This document shows, piece after piece, positions 25,587-34,256 of a DNA stretch of 53,023 bases. Location: positions 1-53,023 of the forward strand of contig JAOAKE010000003.1 of the NCBI GenBank assembly GCA_026413805.1, given 5' to 3'. This stretch comes from Candidatus Micrarchaeota archaeon (GTDB lineage: Archaea; Micrarchaeota; Micrarchaeia; Anstonellales; Anstonellaceae). Below the pieces are notes generated by a model that was given only the letters and a program-made list of their open reading frames with translations, ran no database searches and was not told where the DNA came from. The translations under genes were made by a program, and so were the position numbers. Position 1 is the first letter of the stretch. Each line of letters starts with the position of its first letter.

Positions 25587-26597
25587 TCAAAACAGGCTCT
25601 CGCTGCTTGGAAGCCTTCTTGGCCCTGCCCCAACTTTGCAGACTATCACTTTTTTTACCCCGCTGATTTTGGAAAGCATGTCTTCGACTTCGCCAACATG
25701 GGCTTCCAGCGTGTATATATGGGCGTTGGGGCCAGCATCAAAGGTGTAGCCTGCGACAAGCCTTCCTTTTTTTGCATTCAAATCATGCACTCCTTCTATT
25801 ATCTGGCGAGAAATGTCGTTGAGGTAAATTATAGGGGGGAAGGTGTCCAGCATAACTGCATGAAGGTGTGATGACTCCCTCATGGTAAGCTCAAGGAAAG
25901 ACTGCAAGTCCCTTTGAATTATCGCCCTCTTCATCTTAGCTATTGTCTTTCCAATAGTCCGAATCCTCTCTTTGTAAAGAGGGCTGGTATTGGCAGTCAG
26001 CTCCATCCCCTCTGAAGAGCCCACCTTTTTCCTCCCAGGATTCACCACTGCAATCACGTTGCGGAGCTGCGGCCAGTGGTTGTTTGAAGCAACCTGGACA
26101 GCGTATGAGTCGCTGCCATCCTTTTTTTTCCCAGCCTTCCATTCCACAAATCCCCCAAGCACAGAGCGGCAGGCAGAGCCTGAGCCGAGCCTGGCAAAGA
26201 TTGACAGCTGGCGTGCAGATGCCTTCAGCCCTGCTGCATCTGATGCCGCGCAGGCAAGGGCTGCAAAGCCAGAGGCAGAGGAGGCAAGGCCTGCTGCTGT
26301 TGGAAAATTGTTCTGCGACTCAACGCGCGCCCTATATTTTATCTTTGCCATTTTTCTTATGGCATCCAAAACCTTCACTGCCCTTCCAAGGTCGCTTTCG
26401 CTTGCCCTCATTTTGTTTAAAACCAGCTCATCCTCTTTGTATTTTTCTGAAAATTCAACAGTGGTCTTTGTGGAAAGTGCTTCATCCATAGTAACCGAGA
26501 TGCTGTTGTTTGCAGGCAGGTTCAGCTGAGAGTCTTTTTTCCCCCAGTATTTCACAACAGCAATGTTTGGGGTTGCAACCCAGGTGCTCTTTTGCAT
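25587..26597 (-). CDS. diphosphomevalonate decarboxylase family (GHMP kinase fold)
   Basis: From the internal ATG: ..ATPNIAVVKYWGKKD...NLP.N.SISVT, ..FPTAAGLASSASGFAAL, ..ARLGSGSACRS..GGFV.W. Whether the substrate is the phospho- or diphospho-form cannot be told from sequence alone. Confidence 0.85.
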   Translation of the reverse strand: MQKSTWVATPNIAVVKYWGKKDSQLNLPANNSISVTMDEALSTKTTVEFSEKYKEDELVLNKMRASESDLGRAVKVLDAIRKMAKIKYRARVESQNNFPTAAGLASSASGFAALACAASDAAGLKASARQLSIFARLGSGSACRSVLGGFVEWKAGKKKDGSDSYAVQVASNNHWPQLRNVIAVVNPGRKKVGSSEGMELTANTSPLYKERIRTIGKTIAKMKRAIIQRDLQSFLELTMRESSHLHAVMLDTFPPIIYLNDISRQIIEGVHDLNAKKGRLVAGYTFDAGPNAHIYTLEAHVGEVEDMLSKISGVKKVIVCKVGAGPRRLPSSESLF

Positions 26598-26656
26598 GCA
26601 CCATTCATGCGTCCAAGCTTTATTATTGTTTTCACCCCCATAGTTGCGGTGGTGAA

Positions 26657-27601
26657 ATGGCAAAGGTGGAAAAGGCAGAGGCGCAAAAAGACTATTCCCT
26701 CTACCGAGTTTCCGACACACGCTTTCTCCAAGACACTTTCATAATCTGCTCGCCAGCTGCCCGCGAGGTTCTCTATCGCCCGCACATTGCAGGAAAAACC
26801 TTGCAGGATGCAATGGAGAAAAATGCCTCCATTTTTGCCTCTATACTTGGAAAGCACGTGCTTTCTGGGGCAAAAAAAGAGAGAATCTGCGAGCTTGTTT
26901 TTCTATCAGGGGGGCTCTATTATGCATTAAACTTCGGCTTCAAGGCAAGGTTTGACTTTGCCCTGCCCCAGTGCTTCATAGGGATACAGAGGCAGAGGGT
27001 GGAAGGCAAGGAAGGAGAATTTCGCGCAGTTGCAGGCTATGGCAACTTTGAGTCCTTGCCAGACAAGGCGCATGTAATTATCGGCGACACTGTGGCAACG
27101 GGAGCCACGCTCGTCAAGGGCATACAGCTTCTGCTTGACGAGGCGGAATCGCGCAGCCTTTCAATAGAGAGCATAAGCGTGCTGACGCTTGCAGGTTCTT
27201 CCATTGGGGCGCAGAAGCTTGCAAGGCTTGCCACGACACACATCCTGCCTCAGCACCCCAAATGCAAGGTTTCTTTTTTTGCCTGCGAAATGCTCTTTCA
27301 CTTAATGCCTGACGGCACTGACCTGCGCTTTCTTATGCCCGATTCCATAATGCCTGAAGAATCTCGCCAAGAAGCTCTCCAGCGCTATGGGGGCTATCTT
27401 GCAAAAAACATGAAGTGCGCAGTATTTGACTGGGGGACCCGCTGCAAGAACCCAAAAGAGCACTACCACGAATTTCTAAGATACGCCGATTCAGAGCTGG
27501 CAGGCAATAAGCTGGATGAAAAAGGAAAGCGCGTGCTTCAAAAAATGAAAGAGGAGGCACAAGCGCTGCTTAAGGAGTTTGAGGCAAGGCTCACTGCTTA
27601 A
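26657..27601 (+). CDS. phosphoribosyltransferase-domain protein (uracil PRTase-like)
   Basis: From the internal ATG behind GGTGGTGA. PRPP-binding-loop-like VIIGDTVATGATL. The overall length of 314 aa is longer than a canonical Upp. Confidence 0.55.
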   Translation: MAKVEKAEAQKDYSLYRVSDTRFLQDTFIICSPAAREVLYRPHIAGKTLQDAMEKNASIFASILGKHVLSGAKKERICELVFLSGGLYYALNFGFKARFDFALPQCFIGIQRQRVEGKEGEFRAVAGYGNFESLPDKAHVIIGDTVATGATLVKGIQLLLDEAESRSLSIESISVLTLAGSSIGAQKLARLATTHILPQHPKCKVSFFACEMLFHLMPDGTDLRFLMPDSIMPEESRQEALQRYGGYLAKNMKCAVFDWGTRCKNPKEHYHEFLRYADSELAGNKLDEKGKRVLQKMKEEAQALLKEFEARLTA

Positions 27602-27635
27602 TGCCCATCTTTTCAGCCAATAGGGCAAGCGCCTT

Positions 27636-27902
27636 TCAGACTCCAAGCTCAGCTTCCTCAACTTTATAGACAAAGCCGCCTTCCTTTGCCCTCTGGGCAA
27701 CCTTCAGCCCAATTGACTGGCCTGGCCTTGCCTCACCAACTGCAACATGGTCAATCTGCATTGACTCCACTTTCTGGGTGAAGCTCCCTTCTTTTCCCTC
27801 AATTTTTATGGTCTCTCCAATGGAAAGGGGGCTGGTGAGCTCCACAACAGCAACGCCTACTTTTGGAAAGTAGTGCGTTATTCTGCCAACCTGCACAGCC
27901 AT
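27636..27902 (-). CDS. small beta-barrel protein (EF-Tu domain 2-like), function unknown
   Basis: 88 aa: MAVQVGRITHYFPKVGVAVVELTSPLSIGETIKIEG......Q.V.SMQIDH..V.EA..GQ.IGLKV, a translation-protein beta-barrel-like pattern. Confidence 0.5.
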   Translation of the reverse strand: MAVQVGRITHYFPKVGVAVVELTSPLSIGETIKIEGKEGSFTQKVESMQIDHVAVGEARPGQSIGLKVAQRAKEGGFVYKVEEAELGV

Positions 27903-28030
27903 AAATCCACCCCCAAGCTATCTTTTGCATTGTGAAGATATAATGCTTTCGCAAGGGGGCATGGAAGATGCAAAGCTGAAGCTTTCCCACCTGGCTATTT
28001 GGCAAATTTTCCAGGCGATTCAGCGGCACA

Positions 28031-29014
28031 CTAATCGCTTATTCCCTTCGCAGTCACCTTGAAGACACACTCCCCTTCTGGCATGTTTGGGGAATCTACA
28101 AGCCTGGCAATCCTTTTTTCCTCCTTTCCCTTGCGCAGGTAAACGCGGTAGGTAGCAGCATGTGCGAGCACATGCCCCCCTATCGGCGTAGTTGGGTCCC
28201 CAAAGAGTATGCCTGGGTTGTCCATGACCTGGTTCGTGATATAGACTGCCAGGTTGAACTTGTCTGCCAGCCTCTGCAAGGTGTGGATGTGCTTGTTCAG
28301 CTTTTGCTGCCTGTCGCCAAGCGCACCTCTTCCGACATAGTCAGCTCGAAAGTGGGAGGTGAGGGAGTCCACTACAATGAGCTTAATGTTGTTCGTGCGT
28401 ATCATGTCTTCTGCCTTTTCAACAAGCACCATTTGGTGGTCAGAGTTAAACGCCCTGACAACATGTATGTTCTTGAGCACAGAGTCTGCATCCATGCCTG
28501 CCGCTTCTGCCATCTGCTTTACCCTCTCTGGCCTGAAAGTGCTTTCAGAGTCTATGAATAGCACGCCCCCAGAGAGCCCTCCTTGTTCAGGCGGCTTTTG
28601 GACATTTACAGAGAGCTGAAAGCCTATTTGGGACTTCCCTGAGCTGAACTTTCCATAGCATTCTGTAATCGCCATCGTTTCTACCCCTCCTCCTAAAAGG
28701 GCATCCAGCTCCTTGCTCCCTGTGGTTATCCTGCCCACCTGTTTTCTCCTTTCAAGTATCTTGTCCGCAGTTTCGTATTCTGCCACAAGCGAGTCTTTTG
28801 CAGCCGCAATTGCCTTTTTTGCAGCCTCCACCCCTATTTCTGCAATTTCATCAAGCTCGTGCGGGGAGCTTGCAGCCACCTTTTCAATGTCGTACCCTGC
28901 CTTGCGAAGCTTTTCTGCAGACACCTCGCCAATTCCTGGCAGGTCCTCCAAATCCTTGACTGCCAGCTTTTTCTTCCCTTCACCTTCTTCTTCATCCGAA
29001 GATTTTTTTGCCAT
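28031..29014 (-). CDS. radA: DNA repair and recombination protein RadA
   Basis: N-terminal HhH ..[20 protein letters not shown].., Walker [10 protein letters not shown], ..[15 protein letters not shown].., ..[13 protein letters not shown]... Confidence 0.95.
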   Translation of the reverse strand: MAKKSSDEEEGEGKKKLAVKDLEDLPGIGEVSAEKLRKAGYDIEKVAASSPHELDEIAEIGVEAAKKAIAAAKDSLVAEYETADKILERRKQVGRITTGSKELDALLGGGVETMAITECYGKFSSGKSQIGFQLSVNVQKPPEQGGLSGGVLFIDSESTFRPERVKQMAEAAGMDADSVLKNIHVVRAFNSDHQMVLVEKAEDMIRTNNIKLIVVDSLTSHFRADYVGRGALGDRQQKLNKHIHTLQRLADKFNLAVYITNQVMDNPGILFGDPTTPIGGHVLAHAATYRVYLRKGKEEKRIARLVDSPNMPEGECVFKVTAKGISD

Positions 29015-29093
29015 GAAAACCACCATTTAAATGCCCTGGCTTATGCAAAGCCAAGCGCAATTCCCTCTTGCCCAAAATAACCCAACAAAAATC

Positions 29094-29384
29094 TCAGCGG
29101 TTGTTCGGAAATACAAGCAAGCGCAGCTTTCCTATTTTCAGCGTGTAAAATTCATTTCCTGTCTTGCTTGTGCCCTTCCACATCGCGCCTACATCCTTGA
29201 AAATGGTCTTTCCGCTCCGCGCGTCGTATTCGGGCTGCACCACCCTAAAATCGGGCCTTTGCCCTCGCGCTTCCATCTCTTCGCCAGAAGCAGAACCCTC
29301 TTCTGTTTCTGGCATTTCACCACCGCCAGAGGCCATTTGCACCACTTCCGCCAAATTTCGGCTTGCGCAAAGCCGCGCAGCCAT
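29094..29384 (-). CDS. small conserved-looking protein, DUF736-like C-terminal motif
   Basis: ..RPDFRVVQPEYDARSGKTIFKDVGAMWKGTSKTGNEFYTLKIGKLRLLVFPN resembles the ..PDYR...G.EIGA.WKKTS..G..YLS.KLD.. pattern of DUF736; this is from memory. A TATA-like TTTATAAA lies at 29420-29427. Confidence 0.5.
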   Translation of the reverse strand: MAARLCASRNLAEVVQMASGGGEMPETEEGSASGEEMEARGQRPDFRVVQPEYDARSGKTIFKDVGAMWKGTSKTGNEFYTLKIGKLRLLVFPNNR

Positions 29385-29517
29385 AGGTGAAATTTAGCGA
29401 AAAATTTTGGCAAGCACGGGTTTATAAATGCTGCCAGGCCTCCATGCCAGTGCAAAAGATGAGAAAAACAGCCAGCAGAGGCGCCCAGTTGGGCAACCTG
29501 GCTGCTGCGTCGCAGCT

Positions 29518-29527
29518 ATTTTAAATC
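29518..29527 (+). promoter_or_regulatory. TATA-box-like element about 25 nt upstream of the purP ATG (leaderless arrangement)
   Basis: ATTTTAAATC is centred at about 29522 and the ATG is at 29547. No SD sequence lies between them. Confidence 0.4.
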
Positions 29528-29546
29528 TCATTTTCCCTAATCAAGC

Positions 29547-30677
29547 ATGGTCGCCTTCAACGTTGCGAAGTTAGCTTCTGCTTACAGGCAGCCCTCAATA
29601 GCTGTCCTTGGCTCGCACTCTGCACTTGACATATCTTCAGGCGCCCGTGCCTTTGGCTTGAAGTCATTGGTGGTCTGCCAAAAGGGGCGCGAGCACACCT
29701 ACCAAAAATACTACATGAAGCGCAAAACAGCGCTTGGGCAGGTGGGCTGCATTGACGAGATTTTGCTCTTGGACAAATTTTCAGACATCTGCGAGCCAAA
29801 GAACATAGAAGAGCTTGTAAAAAGGCAGGCGATATTTGTCCCGCATCGCTCATTCTCGGTTTATGTTGGCTATGACAAAATAGAGCAGGAGTTTGCAGTC
29901 CCAATTTTTGGAAGCAGGATGCTTCTTCGAGCAGAGGAGCGCAACACCCCCAAGAACCAGCAGTGGCTTCTGCAAAGGGCAGGAGTGCGCATACCAAAGA
30001 CTTTTTCCTCGCCTGACAAGATTGACAGGCTCGCAATTGTCAAAGTCTCTGAGGCAAAAAGAAAATATGAACGGGCATTCTTCCTCGCCCACTCTCCTTA
30101 TGAATACGAGCGGCGCGCAAGAGAGATGCTTTCGATTGGCATGATAACCCAAGAAGGGCTCAAGTCAGCCCTAATTGAAGAATTTGTAATCGGCGCCCAA
30201 TTCAACTTCAACTTCTTCCTCTCGCCCCTCACAGGGGAGCTGGAGCTGATGGGGACAGACTTCCGCCGCCAGACCAACCTTGATGGCTTGCTGAGGCTCA
30301 CTGCCCCTGAGCAGTCAGAAGTGCTGCGCTTTGCAAGGATGAAAAACATAGAGGTAGGGCATGTTGCCTGCACTATTCGGGAGTCCCTCCTTGAAAGGGT
30401 TTTTGAAATCGGCGAGAAATTTGCCGAAGCCTGCAAGCGCGAATACCCGCCTGGGATAATAGGCCCATTTGCCCTGCAGGGGGCAATAATCCCGGCAGAA
30501 AGCGGCGAGGAGCCAGTCATATTCGATGTTTCGTTCAGGGTGCCAGGCTCGCCTGGCGTTCGCTACACCCCATATTCCGAATACCTCTGGGGGCGGAGCC
30601 TGAGCGTCGGCGAGCGGATTGCATTAGAAGTCAAAAATGCGGCAAAGGAAAGGAGGTTGGATGAGATAGTGACCTAA
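29547..30677 (+). CDS. purP: 5-formaminoimidazole-4-carboxamide ribonucleotide (FAICAR) synthetase PurP, copy 1
   Basis: ..IAVLGSHSALDISSGARAFGLKSLVVCQKGRE.TY.KYY.. and the ATP-grasp C-terminal half ..GPFALQG.......V.FDVS.RVPGSPG are typical of the PurP DUF1246+DUF1297 architecture. Confidence 0.85.
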   Translation: MVAFNVAKLASAYRQPSIAVLGSHSALDISSGARAFGLKSLVVCQKGREHTYQKYYMKRKTALGQVGCIDEILLLDKFSDICEPKNIEELVKRQAIFVPHRSFSVYVGYDKIEQEFAVPIFGSRMLLRAEERNTPKNQQWLLQRAGVRIPKTFSSPDKIDRLAIVKVSEAKRKYERAFFLAHSPYEYERRAREMLSIGMITQEGLKSALIEEFVIGAQFNFNFFLSPLTGELELMGTDFRRQTNLDGLLRLTAPEQSEVLRFARMKNIEVGHVACTIRESLLERVFEIGEKFAEACKREYPPGIIGPFALQGAIIPAESGEEPVIFDVSFRVPGSPGVRYTPYSEYLWGRSLSVGERIALEVKNAAKERRLDEIVT

Positions 30678-30689
30678 AGGAGGGTGAAT

Positions 30690-31739
30690 ATGTTAGTGCC
30701 ACATGAAAAAATCCGCCAAATACTAAGCGCATACGACAAGAAAAAAATCAAGATAGCCACCATCTGCTCTCACACCGCGCTTCAAATTTTCCACGGGGCA
30801 AGGCTGGAAGGGATAAAGACAATCGGGATTACCACCCAAAAAAGGCGCAAAGTATATGAGGCATTCCCGCTTGGAAAGCCCGACAAATTCATAGAGGTAG
30901 ATGACCTGCGCGAGGTTCCTGCCTCAGAGCTTGTAGATGAGAATGCAATCTTAATCCCCCACGGCTCGCTTGTTGAATACTCGGGCTCAAAGCTGGAAGA
31001 GCTGGCTGTCCCTATATTGGGAAACCGCCATTCGCTTCTTTGGGAAAAAGACAGGAAAAAGATGTTTGAGTGGCTAAAGGCTGCTGGCCTGCAGGTGCCT
31101 GCCACCATAGAGCCTGACAAAATAGACCGCCCATGCATAGTCAAGCTGCCTGGTGCAAAGGGCGGGAGGGGCTATCGCGTGGTCCATTCTTCCGAAGAAT
31201 TTTATGAAAAGTTTGGCGGGATGAACGTCACCGTCCAGGAATACCTAATCGGCGTGCGCGTCTACCCTCATTACTTTTACTCGCCCCTTTCCAAGGACGG
31301 CTATCGCGCATCAGAAGGGAAAATCGAGCTTATCGGGATAGACAGGCGCTTTGAGTCAAACATAGACGAGGCATACCGCACCGAGCAGGCAGGCCTGTCT
31401 TTTACCCCTTCATTTACAGTAGTTGGCAACGAGCTTTTGGTCATACGCGAGTCGCTGCTTGAAGACCTGCTGGAAATGGGCAAGAACCTTGTTGAGGCAG
31501 CAGACAGGCTTTTCGGCGGAATTCCAGGCCCGTTCTGCCTTGAGACAATCTGCGATGAGAACATGCAATTTTTTGCATTTGAGGTTTCTGCAAGGATTGT
31601 TGCAGGGACCAACATCTACCCACTCGGCTCGCCTTACACCGCCTATCTTTATCCTGAGCCGATGAGCATGGGAAGGAGGATAGCAAGGGAAATAAAGCTG
31701 GCTTCAAAGGCAAACAAACTGCAAAAAATAGTCTACTAA
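30690..31739 (+). CDS. purP: PurP-family ATP-grasp protein, copy 2 (tandem paralogue)
   Basis: ..IATICSHTALQIFHGARLEGIKTIGI....R..VYE.F... ..GPFCLE.......FFAFEVSARIVAGTN... ATG 30690 lies behind AAGGAGGG. Collinear with copy 1. Confidence 0.8.
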   Translation: MLVPHEKIRQILSAYDKKKIKIATICSHTALQIFHGARLEGIKTIGITTQKRRKVYEAFPLGKPDKFIEVDDLREVPASELVDENAILIPHGSLVEYSGSKLEELAVPILGNRHSLLWEKDRKKMFEWLKAAGLQVPATIEPDKIDRPCIVKLPGAKGGRGYRVVHSSEEFYEKFGGMNVTVQEYLIGVRVYPHYFYSPLSKDGYRASEGKIELIGIDRRFESNIDEAYRTEQAGLSFTPSFTVVGNELLVIRESLLEDLLEMGKNLVEAADRLFGGIPGPFCLETICDENMQFFAFEVSARIVAGTNIYPLGSPYTAYLYPEPMSMGRRIAREIKLASKANKLQKIVY

Positions 31740-31764
31740 AACGGGCAAAAAGAAGAAAAAAGAT

Positions 31765-31983
31765 TTATCTTGCCTCGTATCCTATCAGCTTGGTTATGCC
31801 GATTATGAGGATGAGCGTTGCACTTATGAACTGGACTGATTGCGGTAGCGGCGTGACGAAGTTCATCACCCCAAACGCCCCAATTATTATCAGCAGCCAG
31901 ATTTCAATTGCAGTGAAGTCTGACAAATCTTTCTTTGGAACATTGACTTGCACCACTCCCTTTGCTACTTTTTTAGCCGGCAT
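31765..31983 (-). CDS. small two-TM membrane protein
   Basis: 72 aa with two hydrophobic helices. A TATA-like TTTAAATA lies about 35 nt upstream on the minus strand. Confidence 0.45.
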   Translation of the reverse strand: MPAKKVAKGVVQVNVPKKDLSDFTAIEIWLLIIIGAFGVMNFVTPLPQSVQFISATLILIIGITKLIGYEAR

Positions 31984-32072
31984 CCTATCACCATGTGGGC
32001 ATTCTCGTCAGAGGTATTTAAATCTTTCTTTTAAGAACCTTCACCAGGGCATTTTTGCCTCAAAAACAAAAC

Positions 32073-32220
32073 GCAGGGGTACCAGAGTCTGGCCAAATGG
32101 GCGAGGCTTAAAACCTCGTGGCGAAGAGCCTTCGCAGGTTCAAACCCAAGGGGATGGCTTTCCTTAGTGCTTCACCCACGCGCCTGAAACAAAGGTTTGG
32201 TGAAAATCCTGCCCCCTGCA
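32073..32220 (+). tRNA. tRNA-Leu(UAA), class II, with a 62 nt intron in the T loop (59/60)
   Basis: Acceptor GCAGGGG (32073-79) pairs with CCCCTGC (32213-19), with A73. Anticodon arm CGAGG-CTTAAAA-CCTCG, anticodon TAA at 32109-11. Long variable arm TGGCGAAGAGCCTTC. T stem GCAGG (32134-38) pairs with CCTGC (32208-12). The T loop is TTCAAA | 62 nt | T, with a perfect bulge-helix-bulge (TTCA:TGAA, bulges AAC/AAT, inner helix CCAA:TTGG). Confidence 0.9.
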
Positions 32221-32222
32221 CC

Positions 32223-32232
32223 TTTTCTTTTT
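32223..32232 (+). terminator. oligo-T tract after tRNA-Leu
   Basis: TTTTCTTTTT begins 3 nt after the discriminator base. Confidence 0.45.
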
Positions 32233-32255
32233 AACTTAAGCGCCGAATTTTTTCC

Positions 32256-32708
32256 ATGGATGACTTTGCCCATGCCCTGCTTGGCTACGTTCTTTTCCGT
32301 TTTGTGAAGCTGGCAGGAGGCAGGGCAGGAAAAAAAGAGCTTGCAGCAGCAATTTTTGCCTCTCTTCTCCCCGACATTCTTTGGGTGAGCGGAATAGCAA
32401 GCTATGCTGCTGCGCACACGCTTGCTTATTACATTATTGCCTGCACCCCTTTTTTTCTATTTGCAAGGACAAGGACCGCGGCAGTGCTTTTCAGCGCAGC
32501 AGCCTCAATTCATATAGTTGCAGATGCGCTCATGCATGAAAGAGCCACCATGCCATTTGCCCCTTTTTCGGATTTTGCAATTGTTGGAACTTTCAACTAC
32601 TGGGAGGTATGGTGGGCAATTCCTGCCTATTGGCTTTCCATTCTTTTGCTTCTTGCGTTTTCGCTTTATCTTGAAAAGAAAAAGGAAGGAAAAATAGCGA
32701 TGCCTTAG
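32256..32708 (+). CDS. membrane-bound metal-dependent hydrolase-like protein (DUF457/YdjM-like)
   Basis: 150 aa. N-terminal MDDFAHALLGYVL, internal His residues (..IHIVADALMHE..) and 4 TM segments. Confidence 0.5.
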   Translation: MDDFAHALLGYVLFRFVKLAGGRAGKKELAAAIFASLLPDILWVSGIASYAAAHTLAYYIIACTPFFLFARTRTAAVLFSAAASIHIVADALMHERATMPFAPFSDFAIVGTFNYWEVWWAIPAYWLSILLLLAFSLYLEKKKEGKIAMP

Positions 32709-32712
32709 CCCC

Positions 32713-33279
32713 TCACCTTTTCACTATCTTGAGGAAGTTGGCATATATTTTGTCTCCATGCTCAGTGTGCTCTACTTCGGGGTGAAAGAGGGTTCCGTAT
32801 ATTGGGCGGGAGTTGGACTTGAATGCATGGTTGGAGCAGTCCTTTGAGTGCGCAAGAACCGAAAAGCCAGGGGTATCCACCACTTCGTCGTTGTGGCTCG
32901 CCCCGACTGTGAATTTTCCAGGAAGCCCTTCAAAAAGCTCGTCATGGTCATCTACAATCAATTCCACCTTGCCATACTCTGGGCCAGCAGCAGGCCTTGC
33001 CTTTCCTCCAAAATGCATGCCAATGAACTGCTGGCCTGCGCACACGCCCATTATCGGGCCTTCAAAGTTTTCAAGGTATTTTCGTGCATTCCCTATTTTT
33101 TTTGATTCCCCCAGCCCAATCCGTATTGCACCGCCAGAAAATACCAGCGCATCTGCCATGAGGATTTTTTTAAGCGGGGCTGAAACAGGCAATATTTCAG
33201 AATTAACCCCGAGGTATTTCAGGGTGCGGTGAATCCTGTGCGTCCACTGCGAGCCAAAGTCAATTATTGCAACCTGCAT
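32713..33279 (-). CDS. guaAA: GMP synthase (glutamine-hydrolysing) subunit A, amidotransferase
   Basis: 188 aa class I GATase with ..GVCAGQQF.. (Cys nucleophile) and ..LFHPEVEHTEHG... Confidence 0.9.
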   Translation of the reverse strand: MQVAIIDFGSQWTHRIHRTLKYLGVNSEILPVSAPLKKILMADALVFSGGAIRIGLGESKKIGNARKYLENFEGPIMGVCAGQQFIGMHFGGKARPAAGPEYGKVELIVDDHDELFEGLPGKFTVGASHNDEVVDTPGFSVLAHSKDCSNHAFKSNSRPIYGTLFHPEVEHTEHGDKIYANFLKIVKR

Positions 33280-33291
33280 TTCGCTTCCCCC

Positions 33292-34251
33292 TTATTCCCA
33301 CTCTATTGTGGCAGGTGGCTTGGAGGTTATGTCATAGACCACCCGGTTGACATCCTCTTTCAGCTTTCGGGTTATCCTGTCTGCGATTTTTTCAAGGACT
33401 TCTGGCGCAATCCTGCTTGCCTTTGCAGTCATTCCATCTATGCTGTCCACTGCACGCACAGCAATTGCGTAGCCATAAGCTCGCGCATCTCCCAGCACCC
33501 CGACTGATTTTATCGGGAGGAGAACTGCAAAATACTGCCATGGGCGCTCCATCTTGCCTTCTTTGGCTGCAAGCTCAATTTCCTCTTCAACAATTGCACA
33601 CGCCTCGCGCACAATCTCAACTTTTTTCGGGGTGATCTTTCCCATTATGCGCACAGCAAGGCCAGGGCCAGGAAAGGGCTGGCGAGAATAAATCTCCTGC
33701 GGAAGGCCAAGCGCCTGCCCGACCTTTCGCACCTCATCCTTGTAAAGCTCGCGCAGCGGCTCAACAAGGCGCATTTTCATTTTTTTTGGCAAGCCTCCGA
33801 CATTGTGGTGCGATTTTATTGTATCCCGCAAGCCAGCCCCTGATTCAATCCAGTCAGGAGCGATGGTCCCTTGGACCAAAAAAGAAGCGCCAAAGCGCTT
33901 CGCCTCGCTTTCAAAAACCCTGATGAACTTTTCGCCAATTATCTTCCTTTTTTTCTCAGGCTCGCTTGTGTTTTTCAATGCTCCTAAAAATTCACGTGAG
34001 GCATCGACCACCTTCAAATTTACTCCAAGGGGCTCAAGGGCAGCCCGGACATTTTCTGCCTCCCCTTTCCTCATGAGCCCTGTGTCCACAAATACGCAGA
34101 GCACATTTTTTCCAAGTGCGCGGGAAGCCAGGGCAGCAGCAACAGAGGAATCCACGCCGCCTGAAACTGCAATTATGGCGCGCTTGTCCCCGACAGTGGC
34201 GCGAATTTGCACTATGCTTTCGCTTATGAATTTTTGCGGGTCAAATGCCAT
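33292..34251 (-). CDS. guaAB: GMP synthase subunit B, ATP pyrophosphatase
   Basis: PP-loop ..IAVSGGVDSSVAA.. and the C-terminal dimerisation domain ..GDARAYGY..A.RAV.S.DGMTA. ending ..PPATIEWE. Confidence 0.95.
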   Translation of the reverse strand: MAFDPQKFISESIVQIRATVGDKRAIIAVSGGVDSSVAAALASRALGKNVLCVFVDTGLMRKGEAENVRAALEPLGVNLKVVDASREFLGALKNTSEPEKKRKIIGEKFIRVFESEAKRFGASFLVQGTIAPDWIESGAGLRDTIKSHHNVGGLPKKMKMRLVEPLRELYKDEVRKVGQALGLPQEIYSRQPFPGPGLAVRIMGKITPKKVEIVREACAIVEEEIELAAKEGKMERPWQYFAVLLPIKSVGVLGDARAYGYAIAVRAVDSIDGMTAKASRIAPEVLEKIADRITRKLKEDVNRVVYDITSKPPATIEWE

Positions 34252-34256
34252 GAAAC

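Noticed and set aside
26510-26656. N-terminal extensions offered by the ORF track (also 5503-5589, 25244-25474, 43721-43855, 10796-10909, 26598-26720)
   Set aside because: The extensions overlap neighbouring genes or promoters and lack similarity to the family. Internal ATGs preceded by GGTG/GGAGG-type sites give canonical N-termini.
31790-32417. ORFs 31790-32167 (+) and 32172-32417 (-)
   Set aside because: They overlap the tRNA-Leu gene and its intron, or lie antisense to flanking genes. The tRNA fold explains the sequence.
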